From Nitrospirota bacterium (GTDB taxonomy: Bacteria > Nitrospirota > UBA9217), in the NCBI GenBank assembly GCA_963845065.1, contig CAWJQQ010000008.1, forward strand, positions 480,001 to 544,000: DNA of 64,000 nucleotides, read 5' to 3'. A program made the position numbers and the translations under genes. Shown here in pieces: positions 32,340-42,192 of the stretch (within the stretch, counting starts at the first letter, position 1; every line of letters starts with the position of its first letter). The notes below the pieces were generated by a model. That model worked only from the letters and a program-made list of their open reading frames with translations. It was not told the DNA's origin and did not search any database.

Positions 32340-33857
32340 ATGGAAAAGAAAACAACACCATCGTTTATCCATGAATTGTCTCTTCTGGTCAGTACATCTC
32401 AGGAGAGGATACTCCTCATGCGCATGGACGTGGCCCGGCAACTTTACAATGCCTGTCTCGGCGAATCTCTCAAACGCCTGGATCTCATGCGGGAATCCAA
32501 GCAATATCAAAAGGCACGCATTATACCCTATAAGGATAAGGGATTGCGTTCCGATGCATTTAAGGCTGTGAATGAGAAGTTCGGCTTCTCCGCATACAGC
32601 TTGCACAAGTATGCTGGTGCGGTAAAGAACGCCTGCCACATCGGTGATCACCTGGATGTTCATACCGTCCAGAAAATCGCCACCCGGGCGTTTGATGCTG
32701 TCCAAAAATATGCGTTCAATAAAAGAGGCAGGCCAAGGTTCAAAGGCAAGCATCAACTCTTAAGTGTTGAATCCAAGAGCAACGCCGCTGGCATACGTTT
32801 CCGCACAGACGAAAAGCAAAGCCGTATCGAGTGGATTGGTCTTGAACTGCCCTGCTTATTCGACAAAAAAGACAAGCATGGCGTGCAGGCCCACGCCCTT
32901 TCCTGTAGGACAAAATATGTAAGGCTGGTCTGCAGGCGGATGCGCAGTAAAAACTACTTCTACGCCCAGCTAGTGCAGGAAGGGCTGCCGAAGCAGAAAA
33001 CCAAAAACATCATCTCTGATGGTACAATCGCCCTGGATCTCGGCCCGTCTACGTATGCTATTTATACTCATGGCTACGCCGATCTTCAGCAGTTTTGTAA
33101 AGAGCTGGAACCGCTCGAAAAGACCATTAAACGATTGCAACGGGCGCTCGATCGGTCACGAAGGGCCACAAACTCTGGGAATTATAACGCCGATGGCACA
33201 GTTAAAAAGGGTGCCAAGACTTGGACCAATTCAAAGAACTATCAGACGATACGGACCGCAGTATCAGAACTTCACCGGAAACAAGCCGCGCAGAGAAAAT
33301 CTCTTCATGGCAAGCTAACCAATGAAGTTTTAACACTGGGAAATCACATTAATATTGAAACACTAAGCTACAAATCATTGCAGCATAATTTTGGTAAAAG
33401 CGTGGGCTTAAGGGCACCGGGAACCTTTGTATCAATGCTTTCTCGCAAGGCTGAGAGTGCCGGCGGAAAAGTGATTGAACTCCCGACTCGAAAACTCAGG
33501 CTGTCTCAAACCTGCCATTGCGGAACAGTAAAGAAAAAACCGCTCTCGCAGCGGCAACATGTTTGTGAATGCGGAGTAGCAGCCCAACGGGACCTCTATT
33601 CCGCATATCTTGCGTATCACGTTCAAGATGGTGTTCTCGATACGGCTGAGGCAAGTAGATACTGGCCGGGTGCGGAACCGCTCCTTAAACAGGCGGTATC
33701 GAGATTGCAGCAACAATCTGCGAATGTGAGGAGTGCTTTCCCTTACAGCTTCGGTCTCAAACAACGTACTCGTTTGGGCCGGAGACAGAGCGGATCGCCT
33801 GTGAAAGAAGAACATGCCAAGATCGATGTCCGGGAAGTTGTAGCTGCTGGCATTTAA
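32340..33857 (+). CDS. tnpB: RNA-guided endonuclease TnpB
   Basis: IALDLG, NIETL and QRDLYSA RuvC motifs; paralogue of 1308-2876. Confidence 0.93.
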   Translation: MEKKTTPSFIHELSLLVSTSQERILLMRMDVARQLYNACLGESLKRLDLMRESKQYQKARIIPYKDKGLRSDAFKAVNEKFGFSAYSLHKYAGAVKNACHIGDHLDVHTVQKIATRAFDAVQKYAFNKRGRPRFKGKHQLLSVESKSNAAGIRFRTDEKQSRIEWIGLELPCLFDKKDKHGVQAHALSCRTKYVRLVCRRMRSKNYFYAQLVQEGLPKQKTKNIISDGTIALDLGPSTYAIYTHGYADLQQFCKELEPLEKTIKRLQRALDRSRRATNSGNYNADGTVKKGAKTWTNSKNYQTIRTAVSELHRKQAAQRKSLHGKLTNEVLTLGNHINIETLSYKSLQHNFGKSVGLRAPGTFVSMLSRKAESAGGKVIELPTRKLRLSQTCHCGTVKKKPLSQRQHVCECGVAAQRDLYSAYLAYHVQDGVLDTAEASRYWPGAEPLLKQAVSRLQQQSANVRSAFPYSFGLKQRTRLGRRQSGSPVKEEHAKIDVREVVAAGI

Positions 33858-33962
33858 GGTAGTGAAAGGTTGTAGCGGCTGGCCTTTGCAGTCGTGAGAG
33901 CCCGGAAGAGTAATTGGATAAGGTTTTCAGAACCCCCTGGCTTCAGCCATGGGGAGGTTCAG

Positions 33963-34346
33963 ATGAGCAGGGTCTGGATCATTCCCACATTCCTCTGGCC
34001 CCAGTTGGTCGGCGGAGCCCTCTTAGGGCTCGGCTACCTTGTCAGCGGATACTGCCCTGGTACGGCAGTCGCCGGCCTAGCATCTGGCAGGCTGGACGCA
34101 TTGGTTACGATGGCCGGCATGGGAAGCGGGACACTGCTGTTCTCCGCAATCTATCCAGCGCTTGAAGGGTTTTACAATATAGGCGACATGGGAACACCAA
34201 CACTGCCGGAGTTGCTTCATTTGAACCACTGGGTGCTTCTTGCGATCGTGTATGTGTTGGCCGGCGTCATGTTCTATTCCATGGAGCGGCATGAGCACAG
34301 GGGACAACACCCCATGGTGAAAAGGGTACTGCACGCCGAGTCGTGA
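33963..34346 (+). pseudogene. YeeE/YedE (thiosulfate/sulfur transporter family) C-terminal fragment
   Basis: PTFLWPQLVGG..GYCPGT..GRLDA; the N-terminal half is missing at the IS right end. Confidence 0.75.
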
Positions 34347-34398
34347 TCTTTTGACTCGTGGGAGCTTCAAGAGACTATCTCAAGAAATGACTCACCCT

Positions 34399-34433
34399 AA
34401 ACCGGGTTGCGCTTTTTTCGGCAACCCGGTTTT
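34399..34433. terminator. Terminator-like hairpin
   Basis: AAACCGGGTTGC..GCAACCCGGTTTT. Confidence 0.6.
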
Positions 34434-34702
34434 ATAATCACCCCTGAATCTGATTTGGTCAAATGTGGGAATTTTTCGTCAATCGATTAAAACAATACTT
34501 CTTAGAAGCTAGAATCATACCTAGGTTTCTTCAGTATTTTTTAAATAGATAACCAATTCCATCGTTTACGGCAGGTGCAATTTCCTCTCAACATTTCTAT
34601 CGCTGAATTTGGGAGGAACTTTTTGAAAACGGGCCCGACTTAATCCATGCTACAGACACGAAATTTCTTGGAAAGATATAGTTCCGAATAGTATAATAAC
34701 TC

Positions 34703-35734
34703 ATGGAACCTTTCATCTCTATAATCATTCCCAATCGTAACGCAGACGCTACGATAGGAAAGTGCCTTGATAACGTCTTTGCGGTAGAAGATAGAAATTT
34801 TGAAGTTGTCGTTGTTGATGACGCTTCTGAGGACAACTCTGTTAATATAATAAAAAAGCGTCCTTGCAGGTTGATTCAGCTGGAAAAGCACTCGGGCCCT
34901 TCAAAGGCGAGAAATATCGGCGCGCAAAACAGCAGGGGGGATATATTGTTTTTTACCGATGCGGATTGTCTTATCCCTAAAGAGAGTCTATCCATCGTTC
35001 GGAAGACGCTTACCAGCCACGACTCCGATGTAGTCCTGGGGGGAACATATACGCAGGTACCTTACGATAATGGTTTTTTCAGTGCCTTCCAATCGATATT
35101 CATCAACTATTCAGAGACCAAGAATTGGAAGAGGCCTGACTACGTGGCCACGCACGCCATGGTCCTCCGGACGGAAATATTCAATAGGACCGGCGGTTTT
35201 TCCGAAGACTTTCTGCCTCTACTCGAAGACGTCGAGTTCAGTCACCGGCTACGCCGGTCGGGCTATAGACTTATGATCGATCCTGGATTTCAGGTTCGGC
35301 ATATATTTAAGTATTCCCTGAAAAAATCATTCAGCAATGCAATCCGAAAAACAAAATACTGGATTTTGTATTCACTACAGAATCGAGACTTGTTTGCCGA
35401 TTCAGGAACAGCTTCAGCAGAAATAAAGATGAATGGTGCGTCCTGGCTCGTTACCGGTATTTTGACAGTTTTCGGTCTCGTATCTGGGAAGGCAAGTATT
35501 TTCATGCCCTTGCCAATAATCTGGACAGTTAATGCCTTTGTGAACAGGAATCTGTTCCGCGCGTTTTATAAAACAAAAGGAGCATGTTTTTTCCCCGCAG
35601 CAGTGTTTTATTATGTCCTGATTTACCCCGCTGCTGTCTGGGTCGGCACTTTTAAGGCGTTGCTACAGTACTTTATACGGGTTAAACCGTGGTTACACAG
35701 AAAAGCCCTGAATGGCGTTACTCAGAAACTTTGA
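34703..35734 (+). CDS. Family 2 glycosyltransferase with C-terminal TM helices
   Basis: ISIIIP, VVDDASED, GPSKARNIG, FTDAD, EDVE. Confidence 0.92.
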   Translation: MEPFISIIIPNRNADATIGKCLDNVFAVEDRNFEVVVVDDASEDNSVNIIKKRPCRLIQLEKHSGPSKARNIGAQNSRGDILFFTDADCLIPKESLSIVRKTLTSHDSDVVLGGTYTQVPYDNGFFSAFQSIFINYSETKNWKRPDYVATHAMVLRTEIFNRTGGFSEDFLPLLEDVEFSHRLRRSGYRLMIDPGFQVRHIFKYSLKKSFSNAIRKTKYWILYSLQNRDLFADSGTASAEIKMNGASWLVTGILTVFGLVSGKASIFMPLPIIWTVNAFVNRNLFRAFYKTKGACFFPAAVFYYVLIYPAAVWVGTFKALLQYFIRVKPWLHRKALNGVTQKL

Positions 35735-36833
35735 GGGAATAAACCCAATGTACTCGCCGTTCCGACATGTGAGAGATATTTTCTGGAAGCAAAGGCCGAT
35801 TCATCTCACTTTCTTTTTAACGAGAAGGTGCAATGCCGAATGTCCCTTTTGTTTCTATCTCAGATCTTCAGATAAAATCAGTGACAACCAGCCCGAGCTG
35901 TCTTTAGAGGAGATTAGCAGAACTTCTTCTTCTTTAGGCACTCTCTTGTGGCTCGCTTTTTCCGGCGGAGAAATCTATCTGAGGGATGATCTTGTAGAAA
36001 TCAGCAGAATATTCTATAAAAATAATAAGCCCGCGATAATGCTTTTCCCCACCAACGGCCTTCTGTCCGAAGTGATCCGAGACAGGACAGAAGAAATTCT
36101 GAAACGCTGTCCTAAAAGTACAGTCGTTGTAAAGCTATCCGTTGATGGACTGGATGGCGCACATGATGCACTCCGGAATCGCTCGGGAAGTTTTGAAAAA
36201 GCCATGCAAACGTATCAATTGCTTGAAGGCCTCATTGATAAGTATCCGAATTTCGAACTCGGCATCAATACGATCTTCTGTTCTGAGAATCAGAACAACA
36301 TGGATGATATAATCGATTTTGTCAGTGGGCTGAAGAATATAAAGACGCACACGATATCTCTGATACGCGGAAACCTAGCGGATGCTAATTACAAAAAAGT
36401 GGATTACCACAAATACAATCAAGCAATTGAAAGGCTCGAGAAAAACCTGAAAAATTCTATCTCAGGTATTTATCGATTCAAAGGAGCTCGCGTTAAAGCT
36501 GCACAGGATATTGTGCAACGCCGCTTGATCTATCAAACAACGTGCGAACAAAAGAGGGTTATTCCTTGTTATGCAGGCAGGCTGAACCTGGTTTTACAAG
36601 AGGGAGGGGATATTTATCCGTGCGAAATGCTGACGGAAAGCTTCGGCAATATAAGAAAGTATGACTATGATGTTGGGAGAGTAATAAGGTCGGAGAACGC
36701 CCGAAAGATAATCGATGCAATACGAACCAGTCAATGCTACTGTACTCATGAGTGTTATACTATGATAAATATTCTTTTCAACCCGAAATTATATCCTGCT
36801 GTTGCAAAGAAATATCTTCAATTATCACGTTGA
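35712..36833 (+). CDS. Radical SAM/SPASM-like protein
   Basis: CNAECPFC, SGGE, C-terminal CYAG..GDIYPCE..CYCTHEC; start may be 35748. Confidence 0.9.
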   Translation: MALLRNFEGINPMYSPFRHVRDIFWKQRPIHLTFFLTRRCNAECPFCFYLRSSDKISDNQPELSLEEISRTSSSLGTLLWLAFSGGEIYLRDDLVEISRIFYKNNKPAIMLFPTNGLLSEVIRDRTEEILKRCPKSTVVVKLSVDGLDGAHDALRNRSGSFEKAMQTYQLLEGLIDKYPNFELGINTIFCSENQNNMDDIIDFVSGLKNIKTHTISLIRGNLADANYKKVDYHKYNQAIERLEKNLKNSISGIYRFKGARVKAAQDIVQRRLIYQTTCEQKRVIPCYAGRLNLVLQEGGDIYPCEMLTESFGNIRKYDYDVGRVIRSENARKIIDAIRTSQCYCTHECYTMINILFNPKLYPAVAKKYLQLSR

Positions 36834-36899
36834 TTGTTATTCTTCTTACCGCACGAACTTATGTCTGTGCCTGTTTATGCCTTTCGTTCTTGAAAAAAC

Positions 36900-36930
36900 T
36901 TCAGGAGGCGGGTGCAAGGTGCCTCCTGAA
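36900..36930. terminator. Hairpin between convergent genes
   Basis: TTCAGGAGGC..GCCTCCTGAA. Confidence 0.55.
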
Positions 36931-36959
36931 GTCATGACATCGCAGGCTGCGTCAATTCA

Positions 36960-38273
36960 TCAAATACGTAACTGAAACATTACTGTTACGGTATTGAAAT
37001 CCTTGTTCAATGCGTCTTGCTGGGCAAAATCATTCGCTGAATATTCGAAAGTTAGTCTTAAGTCTTGGCCTTTCAAATAATAATTAACGCCTAAAGCTTT
37101 CCATGTTATATTCTGATCATAGACATCGGAAAGCTGCGCAAAATTCCACTTTTCGTAGCGGCCGAAGAATTGTAGCTTGCCGATTCCTATTTTGTTGGGA
37201 AACATATACCCGGCTTTCGCATACCACCCGTTTTTTTCTCCATTAATGCCGATACTCCTCGGATCGGGATCAGGGCCTTTGTACGCCCCCCCAAAATCTT
37301 CTTTGACATATGCACTGGAAACAGTAACTGTTCCAACGTGCGTCGGGTATTCGAAAAACACATCGTAGGTGTATGCCTGATAATTCTTTGACATGTCCTG
37401 TCCGGTGACGTTCCCGTATGCCACATCCGGTTGATACTGATATCCTGCACCTATAGTTAGGACTTTTTTTGTGCCGAGATAGGTACCCTTGTAGACGAGC
37501 GAAAACTCGGGATCCAGCAGGGAGACATGGGCACGTGCAGTGTAACGGAGAGAACTCTTCGGATTATTACCGGTCTGATCACCATTCATTGCGGCTATCC
37601 GGTACTGAAACAGTGCATTAGAGCTATTTCCCCAGAGGAGCAAGCCGAAGTCACGGTTCTCTCGCGGCAAATCGGTGTAGACAAAGATGGAACGATCAAC
37701 GCTGAGCGGCTCGAAACAGCTCTCATTGTCCTCCCGTATCAGTGGGTCTTTGGTCAGTCCCACGCGGAGCCGGAAGGCGTCGGTATAGTCCGCATAAATA
37801 AACCCGTCGATAATATCGAAGTTTTGCTGCGGTGTAGCAGATACCGTCTCGGTGAAAATTCTTTCATCTCCCTCGAATTGATACGCAGCGTAAAAACCGT
37901 AGACATCGTCCAACTGTCCCGTCATCATTAGCCTAGCTCTTCTGAAGTAGATGTTGGATGTATCGCTCGTTCCGTTGGGTCCGGAACCCGTATCCCTCCA
38001 CTGACCGTAAAGTTGTTGAGCATAATTAAACTTGATCGACGACAGTGTGTTTGCAATCTGTTCAGTTACTTCCTCTTTTGAAGGTTCTGTCTGCGCTGCC
38101 GGTTCTGCTTGCGCTGCCGGTTCTGCTTGTGCTGCCGGTTCTGCTTGTGCTGCCGGTTCTATCTGCGTTGCTGGCGCTGTCTGAGCGCTAGCTGCATGTC
38201 CACCGACGAACAAGAGAACCGCCACCAGTACACTGACTGGCAAAAAGGATAGTATATACCTTACCTTTGCCAT
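36960..38273 (-). CDS. extI: Phosphate-selective-type porin, ExtI-like
   Basis: Signal peptide, FRRARL, REDNESCFEPLSVDRS, RAHVSLLDPE, VNYYLKGQDLRLT; adjacent to an ExtH-like gene. Confidence 0.8.
   Translation of the reverse strand: MAKVRYILSFLPVSVLVAVLLFVGGHAASAQTAPATQIEPAAQAEPAAQAEPAAQAEPAAQTEPSKEEVTEQIANTLSSIKFNYAQQLYGQWRDTGSGPNGTSDTSNIYFRRARLMMTGQLDDVYGFYAAYQFEGDERIFTETVSATPQQNFDIIDGFIYADYTDAFRLRVGLTKDPLIREDNESCFEPLSVDRSIFVYTDLPRENRDFGLLLWGNSSNALFQYRIAAMNGDQTGNNPKSSLRYTARAHVSLLDPEFSLVYKGTYLGTKKVLTIGAGYQYQPDVAYGNVTGQDMSKNYQAYTYDVFFEYPTHVGTVTVSSAYVKEDFGGAYKGPDPDPRSIGINGEKNGWYAKAGYMFPNKIGIGKLQFFGRYEKWNFAQLSDVYDQNITWKALGVNYYLKGQDLRLTFEYSANDFAQQDALNKDFNTVTVMFQLRI
38083..38172 (-). repeat. 18-bp tandem repeat encoding QAEPAA units in the porin N-terminus
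   Basis: GGTTCTGCTTG(C/T)GCTGCC, about 5 copies. Confidence 0.9.
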
Positions 38274-38327
38274 GAAAACCTCCTTTGTACATCGATACGT
38301 CGCTCGAAATCATTTTTTCCCTTGCCA

Positions 38328-38603
38328 CTAGCACGAGCATCGAGGCTGCTCTCGATATTTAAGGCGAGGTTTCTTCTGCGGTGGGGCCTTTTCTTTTTTC
38401 TGTGAGCCGTTTTCTTTTGGTGAGATTTCCTCTCCGGATTTCCCCCCTTCACGATCTTTTTCTATATACTTCTTGTCCTTCTCTGTGTCATCCGGCTGCA
38501 CAACATTTCCCTTCGAACCCATCGCAATGTTGTATTGCGGCTGAAAGCTCGGGAAAGGCACCTGTGCCATTACGAGAGCCATATAGATGATGATTATTTT
38601 CAT
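38328..38603 (-). CDS. Small hypothetical protein ending CSC
   Basis: Starts 2 bp after the upstream stop; hydrophobic N-terminus, charged tail. Confidence 0.55.
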   Translation of the reverse strand: MKIIIIYMALVMAQVPFPSFQPQYNIAMGSKGNVVQPDDTEKDKKYIEKDREGGKSGEEISPKENGSQKKEKAPPQKKPRLKYREQPRCSC

Positions 38604-38605
38604 TG

Positions 38606-40243
38606 CTAATATCCTGGTGCTATGGAGGTTCCTCCCCCGCCGACTACGCTCGTACCGCCTCCGACACCAAAATACGCCGAGTCAGCATCCTCGATCTCAT
38701 TTCCGGATGCGTATGAGTTAGGTGGCAAAGGGGTACATCCTGAGGGAGTGTATGTTGTCACACCCGTCAGGCTTAAGCTTCTTGCACAGATGCTTCCGTC
38801 AAAGGAAAGCAACTCCACAGGCCTCTTAGTGATGAAATCCCACCGGTCGTTCAAGGTATGGCCCGTAGATGCAGCAAAGGCGATGTTCATACCCTCTGTG
38901 CCTATTGTTATTGAACCGGCAGATATCGGAACTAATGTAGCATCCCATACAATAGTGGTTGTCGCACTACTCTTGGTCCAACTGAACGTATCGGTAGGAG
39001 TTCCCACAGAATCGATCTGGACTCTGAAGCTTCTGTTTGCAGTCCCGGTAAAGGTGCCACCTGAAGTCATGTCATTGAGGCCGGTTCCGGTAAAGAAGAC
39101 AGGGCCAGGCGAGGTATCGTAATTGTATACTACCAGTGCGCTGCGCGATGGGACATCAGTTCTCAAGGGAGAATCGGATGCTAGCTGTCCGCCGTTAACT
39201 TGACTTCCGGAAAATTGCCCCCACTGACTCCATGAGGCGTCGTAGAGGACAACAGGCCAATCTAAAATAGCATCGAGTGCAAAGAACGCCGAACTGGCGA
39301 TCACCCCAGTTCTTCAGTAAACATATGAGACATTCGTACTGTTGACGCCGACAGCATTAAACATTGCCGTGATGACATTCGGTGGTTGGAATCGATAGTT
39401 GTTTGTCGGATCGAACAGATTCGTATAGAGTATTGCCTTAGCGCCGTTCAAACGACCTTCAAACGCCACATAATCGCCTGAAGTAAATGCCCCGGCAGTG
39501 GAACCTCGTACGCCCGCATATGATCCAGTCGTCGGTCCACTTCTCATATCAATGGGAATGGCATTCGCCGTCTTGCCTTCGGCGAGATTTATCATATCAA
39601 TTAATGCTGCTCTGAGGTCAGTGCGGAGCGAAGGGTTCTTTTTTATGCTGTATGTAGAAGGCACAATTGGAGGTGCCGGAGCCGTCGTCAAACCGTATTC
39701 AGCCGCCCAGGAAAAGTTTATACCATCGAGCAACTTGAGCTTATTCTTGGCGAATCCCCAGTAGCGGAACGTCCAGTAGGTCCGCGTAGCATTAAGAACC
39801 GCGCTTGCGGACGGAGTTGTCGCCCCGCTGGTAAAGACGATGGTGGTATTGTTATCTATCCCGTATTGCTGAATCAGGGCATCCATGTGCGGGCCGTCTA
39901 GAACCATGTTGACGTCGGTTGCGCCGCCTTCTTGACGAGTTTGAAATATAGCACTGCTGTTCACGAATTGAGCGCCGGGAATATGGCCCGTAGTGTAAGT
40001 TCCAAGCGAAGTGACGTCGAGGATGACGACCCGGTCGAATCCCGTGCTATTCACGACGCCTGCGTTTATCCATGCATTAAGAGTTTCAGGTGGGATTAGC
40101 GTGGATGTTGTCCCCGGGGTAACCGGCGTGTCGAAACTGCTGGTGCTGCAGCTGTTCATGACGAATGGAACCAGCAGCAGACACACGGACACGAATATCG
40201 TCAGCCATGGCAATTGTTTCCTATGCCTATTCAGAAAATTCAT
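38606..40243 (-). CDS. extH: ExtH-like tandem rhodanese lipoprotein with in-frame UGA (probable selenocysteine) at the active site
   Basis: ORFs 39314-40312 and 38606-39304 are in the same frame, joined as VY-UGA-RTGVIAS..YDASWSQWG; GHIPGA, KLLDG; lipobox-like MNSC; GGAGG RBS before ATG 40243. Confidence 0.85.
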
Positions 40244-40723
40244 CCTTGTTCCTCCTTCCCCCGAATTAAAAATACACGACAATAAGCTGGCTTCTTCGCT
40301 TTTCTCGGTCACCTCCTATTCATGAGTAATGAGATTACTACCGGATTGACATTGCAAATAACGCCATGGCGCACTATCTCTATGCTTGCTGAGAAAAAAA
40401 TATATCAGTTCATACTAAAATATATTCTAGATATGAGAAGTCTTATTGTCAAGCAATATGCAGTTTAAGTACATTTTTTTCTTAAAGTTGCAAATATGAC
40501 ATGATATTCTTCTACAAAAGTAGACGTCAGTGTTAAATGTGCCAATTTTATTATTTGTGCATGAATGGCATAATCAATGCAAGCTAAATCACTTTTCGTC
40601 GGACGGTCAGAATCCTCGTATGTCAGCAATCAGCCTGAGGGCCAAGCATGCGAACGAAAAGAAGGCGCCCTTCTGTGAAGACGAAGCGTGTAAAGCAAGG
40701 ATTAGAGAGGGATAACGTTACGA

Positions 40724-42190
40724 TCAGCAGGCTTTCTGATTCTTTTTCTGTTTAGTATGCTCTTGGAAGAGATCACTCTTTCTCCATAGCCAGAATAGGC
40801 TTTTTGCGCTCTTTACAGCAACCATGCAATCATGCCAGTTTCTGATCTGAAGGAGTTTTTTGAATATGAAAGAAGGCCTGGAATAGAATCGTTTAAACGC
40901 GAGCTGCCGGAGCTGCAAAATCTGCTCACGCGTCATGGTAAAAGGGATGAAAGCCGCACCCTGGTATGTAAAATCTGTGAGATCGTCGGAAATGGTCCCA
41001 TACTGATCCAGGTTTTCGTAAAGTTCAGTGCCGGGAAAAGGCGTGATGGCGTGAAAGTTCGCCATGTCCGGGTCAAGCTCTACAGCGAACTGAATGGTCT
41101 GAAGGCCTTCTTCAAAGGTTTCGCCGGGAATGCCGAAAATGAACGGAGTGCTAACCTTAAGGCCGACTTCTTGTGCATCCTTCACCGCCCTTTTAATCTG
41201 GGCGAGAGTCGTTCCTTTGCGAATGGTGTTGAGGTTTTTCTGCACTCCGCTCTCAGCGCCAAAGAGTATGGCCCAGCATCCTGCATCCTTGAATGCTTTG
41301 AGTAACGTTTTGTCCACCTGATTGACACAGGCGGAAGCAAACCAGGTGAATTTAAGGCCTCTTCTCCTGATCCCCTGGGCTATCTCTGTGGCCCGGCGGT
41401 AATCAGCAGCAAAAGTATCATCGAGGAATTTTATCTCCTTATACCCCTGCTTAATGCAGTGTTCTATCTCTTCCAGTACATTTACAACGCTGCGGTAGCG
41501 GATTCCGCTCTTTCGCTCTTTGTCCAGCTGAAAGCAATAAATGCATCGTCTATTGCATCCCCTCGAGGTTATCATTACCGCGACAGGTTTTTTCCGATAT
41601 GTTCCAGGAGGCGGAATATACTTATTTGCATCACCCAAAAGTTCTCTTGCAGGAAAAGGAAGGGAATCTAAATCGGTGATAAATGGTCTCTGAGGGTTTT
41701 TGATGATTTTTTCGCCCTCGCGGTACACGACACCCAGCACCCCATCTAGTCCCCTGCCAGCCTCAAGTCTGCTCACTATTTCAAGGGTCGTGAACTCTCC
41801 CTCGCCGGTGACTATTGCATTCAGACATGTACCCGCTTCCTGAAGACACTGCTCCTGCATGGCAATAGGATAAGGGCCTCCAGCACATATAAAAGCATCC
41901 CGAGCATAGATTCTTTTCAGATCGGCAGCTGTCTTTTTGGCCATGTCCCATCCAAAAGTCGTTGAATAAATACCGATAAAATTCGGGCTGAATTTTTCAA
42001 TATCCCTGAGTATCTCCTTATGGGTCATGAATGCTCCGTTCAGAAAAATGACGTCATGCCCGGCCCTTTGGAGAACCGCGGCGACCGAGAGGGTACCGAC
42101 CGGTTGCCAGTAGTTGACCTGCGAGCTGGCTGTCTTCGAGGAAAAGATGTCCTCTGGTGCCCAGGCTGGTATGAGCAGTGCGCACTTCAT
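40724..42190 (-). CDS. B12-binding radical SAM protein
   Basis: GGPYP, GEGE, TSRGCNRRCIYC, DDTF, GAESG, PFPGT. Confidence 0.93.
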   Translation of the reverse strand: MKCALLIPAWAPEDIFSSKTASSQVNYWQPVGTLSVAAVLQRAGHDVIFLNGAFMTHKEILRDIEKFSPNFIGIYSTTFGWDMAKKTAADLKRIYARDAFICAGGPYPIAMQEQCLQEAGTCLNAIVTGEGEFTTLEIVSRLEAGRGLDGVLGVVYREGEKIIKNPQRPFITDLDSLPFPARELLGDANKYIPPPGTYRKKPVAVMITSRGCNRRCIYCFQLDKERKSGIRYRSVVNVLEEIEHCIKQGYKEIKFLDDTFAADYRRATEIAQGIRRRGLKFTWFASACVNQVDKTLLKAFKDAGCWAILFGAESGVQKNLNTIRKGTTLAQIKRAVKDAQEVGLKVSTPFIFGIPGETFEEGLQTIQFAVELDPDMANFHAITPFPGTELYENLDQYGTISDDLTDFTYQGAAFIPFTMTREQILQLRQLAFKRFYSRPSFIFKKLLQIRNWHDCMVAVKSAKSLFWLWRKSDLFQEHTKQKKNQKAC

Positions 42191-42192
42191 TG

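Larger units (their letters stand above)
31836..33962 (+). mobile_element. IS605-type element (tnpA + tnpB, co-oriented)
   Basis: Follows TGAC (31832-31835); left hairpin CAAG-CCCCTGGCTTTAGACATGGGG; right hairpin GAAC-CCCCTGGCTTCAGCCATGGGG ending TCAG. Confidence 0.92.

Noticed and set aside
40565..40580. Sigma54-like TGGCATAATCAATGCA
   Set aside because: Points toward the 3' end of a convergent gene with no downstream target
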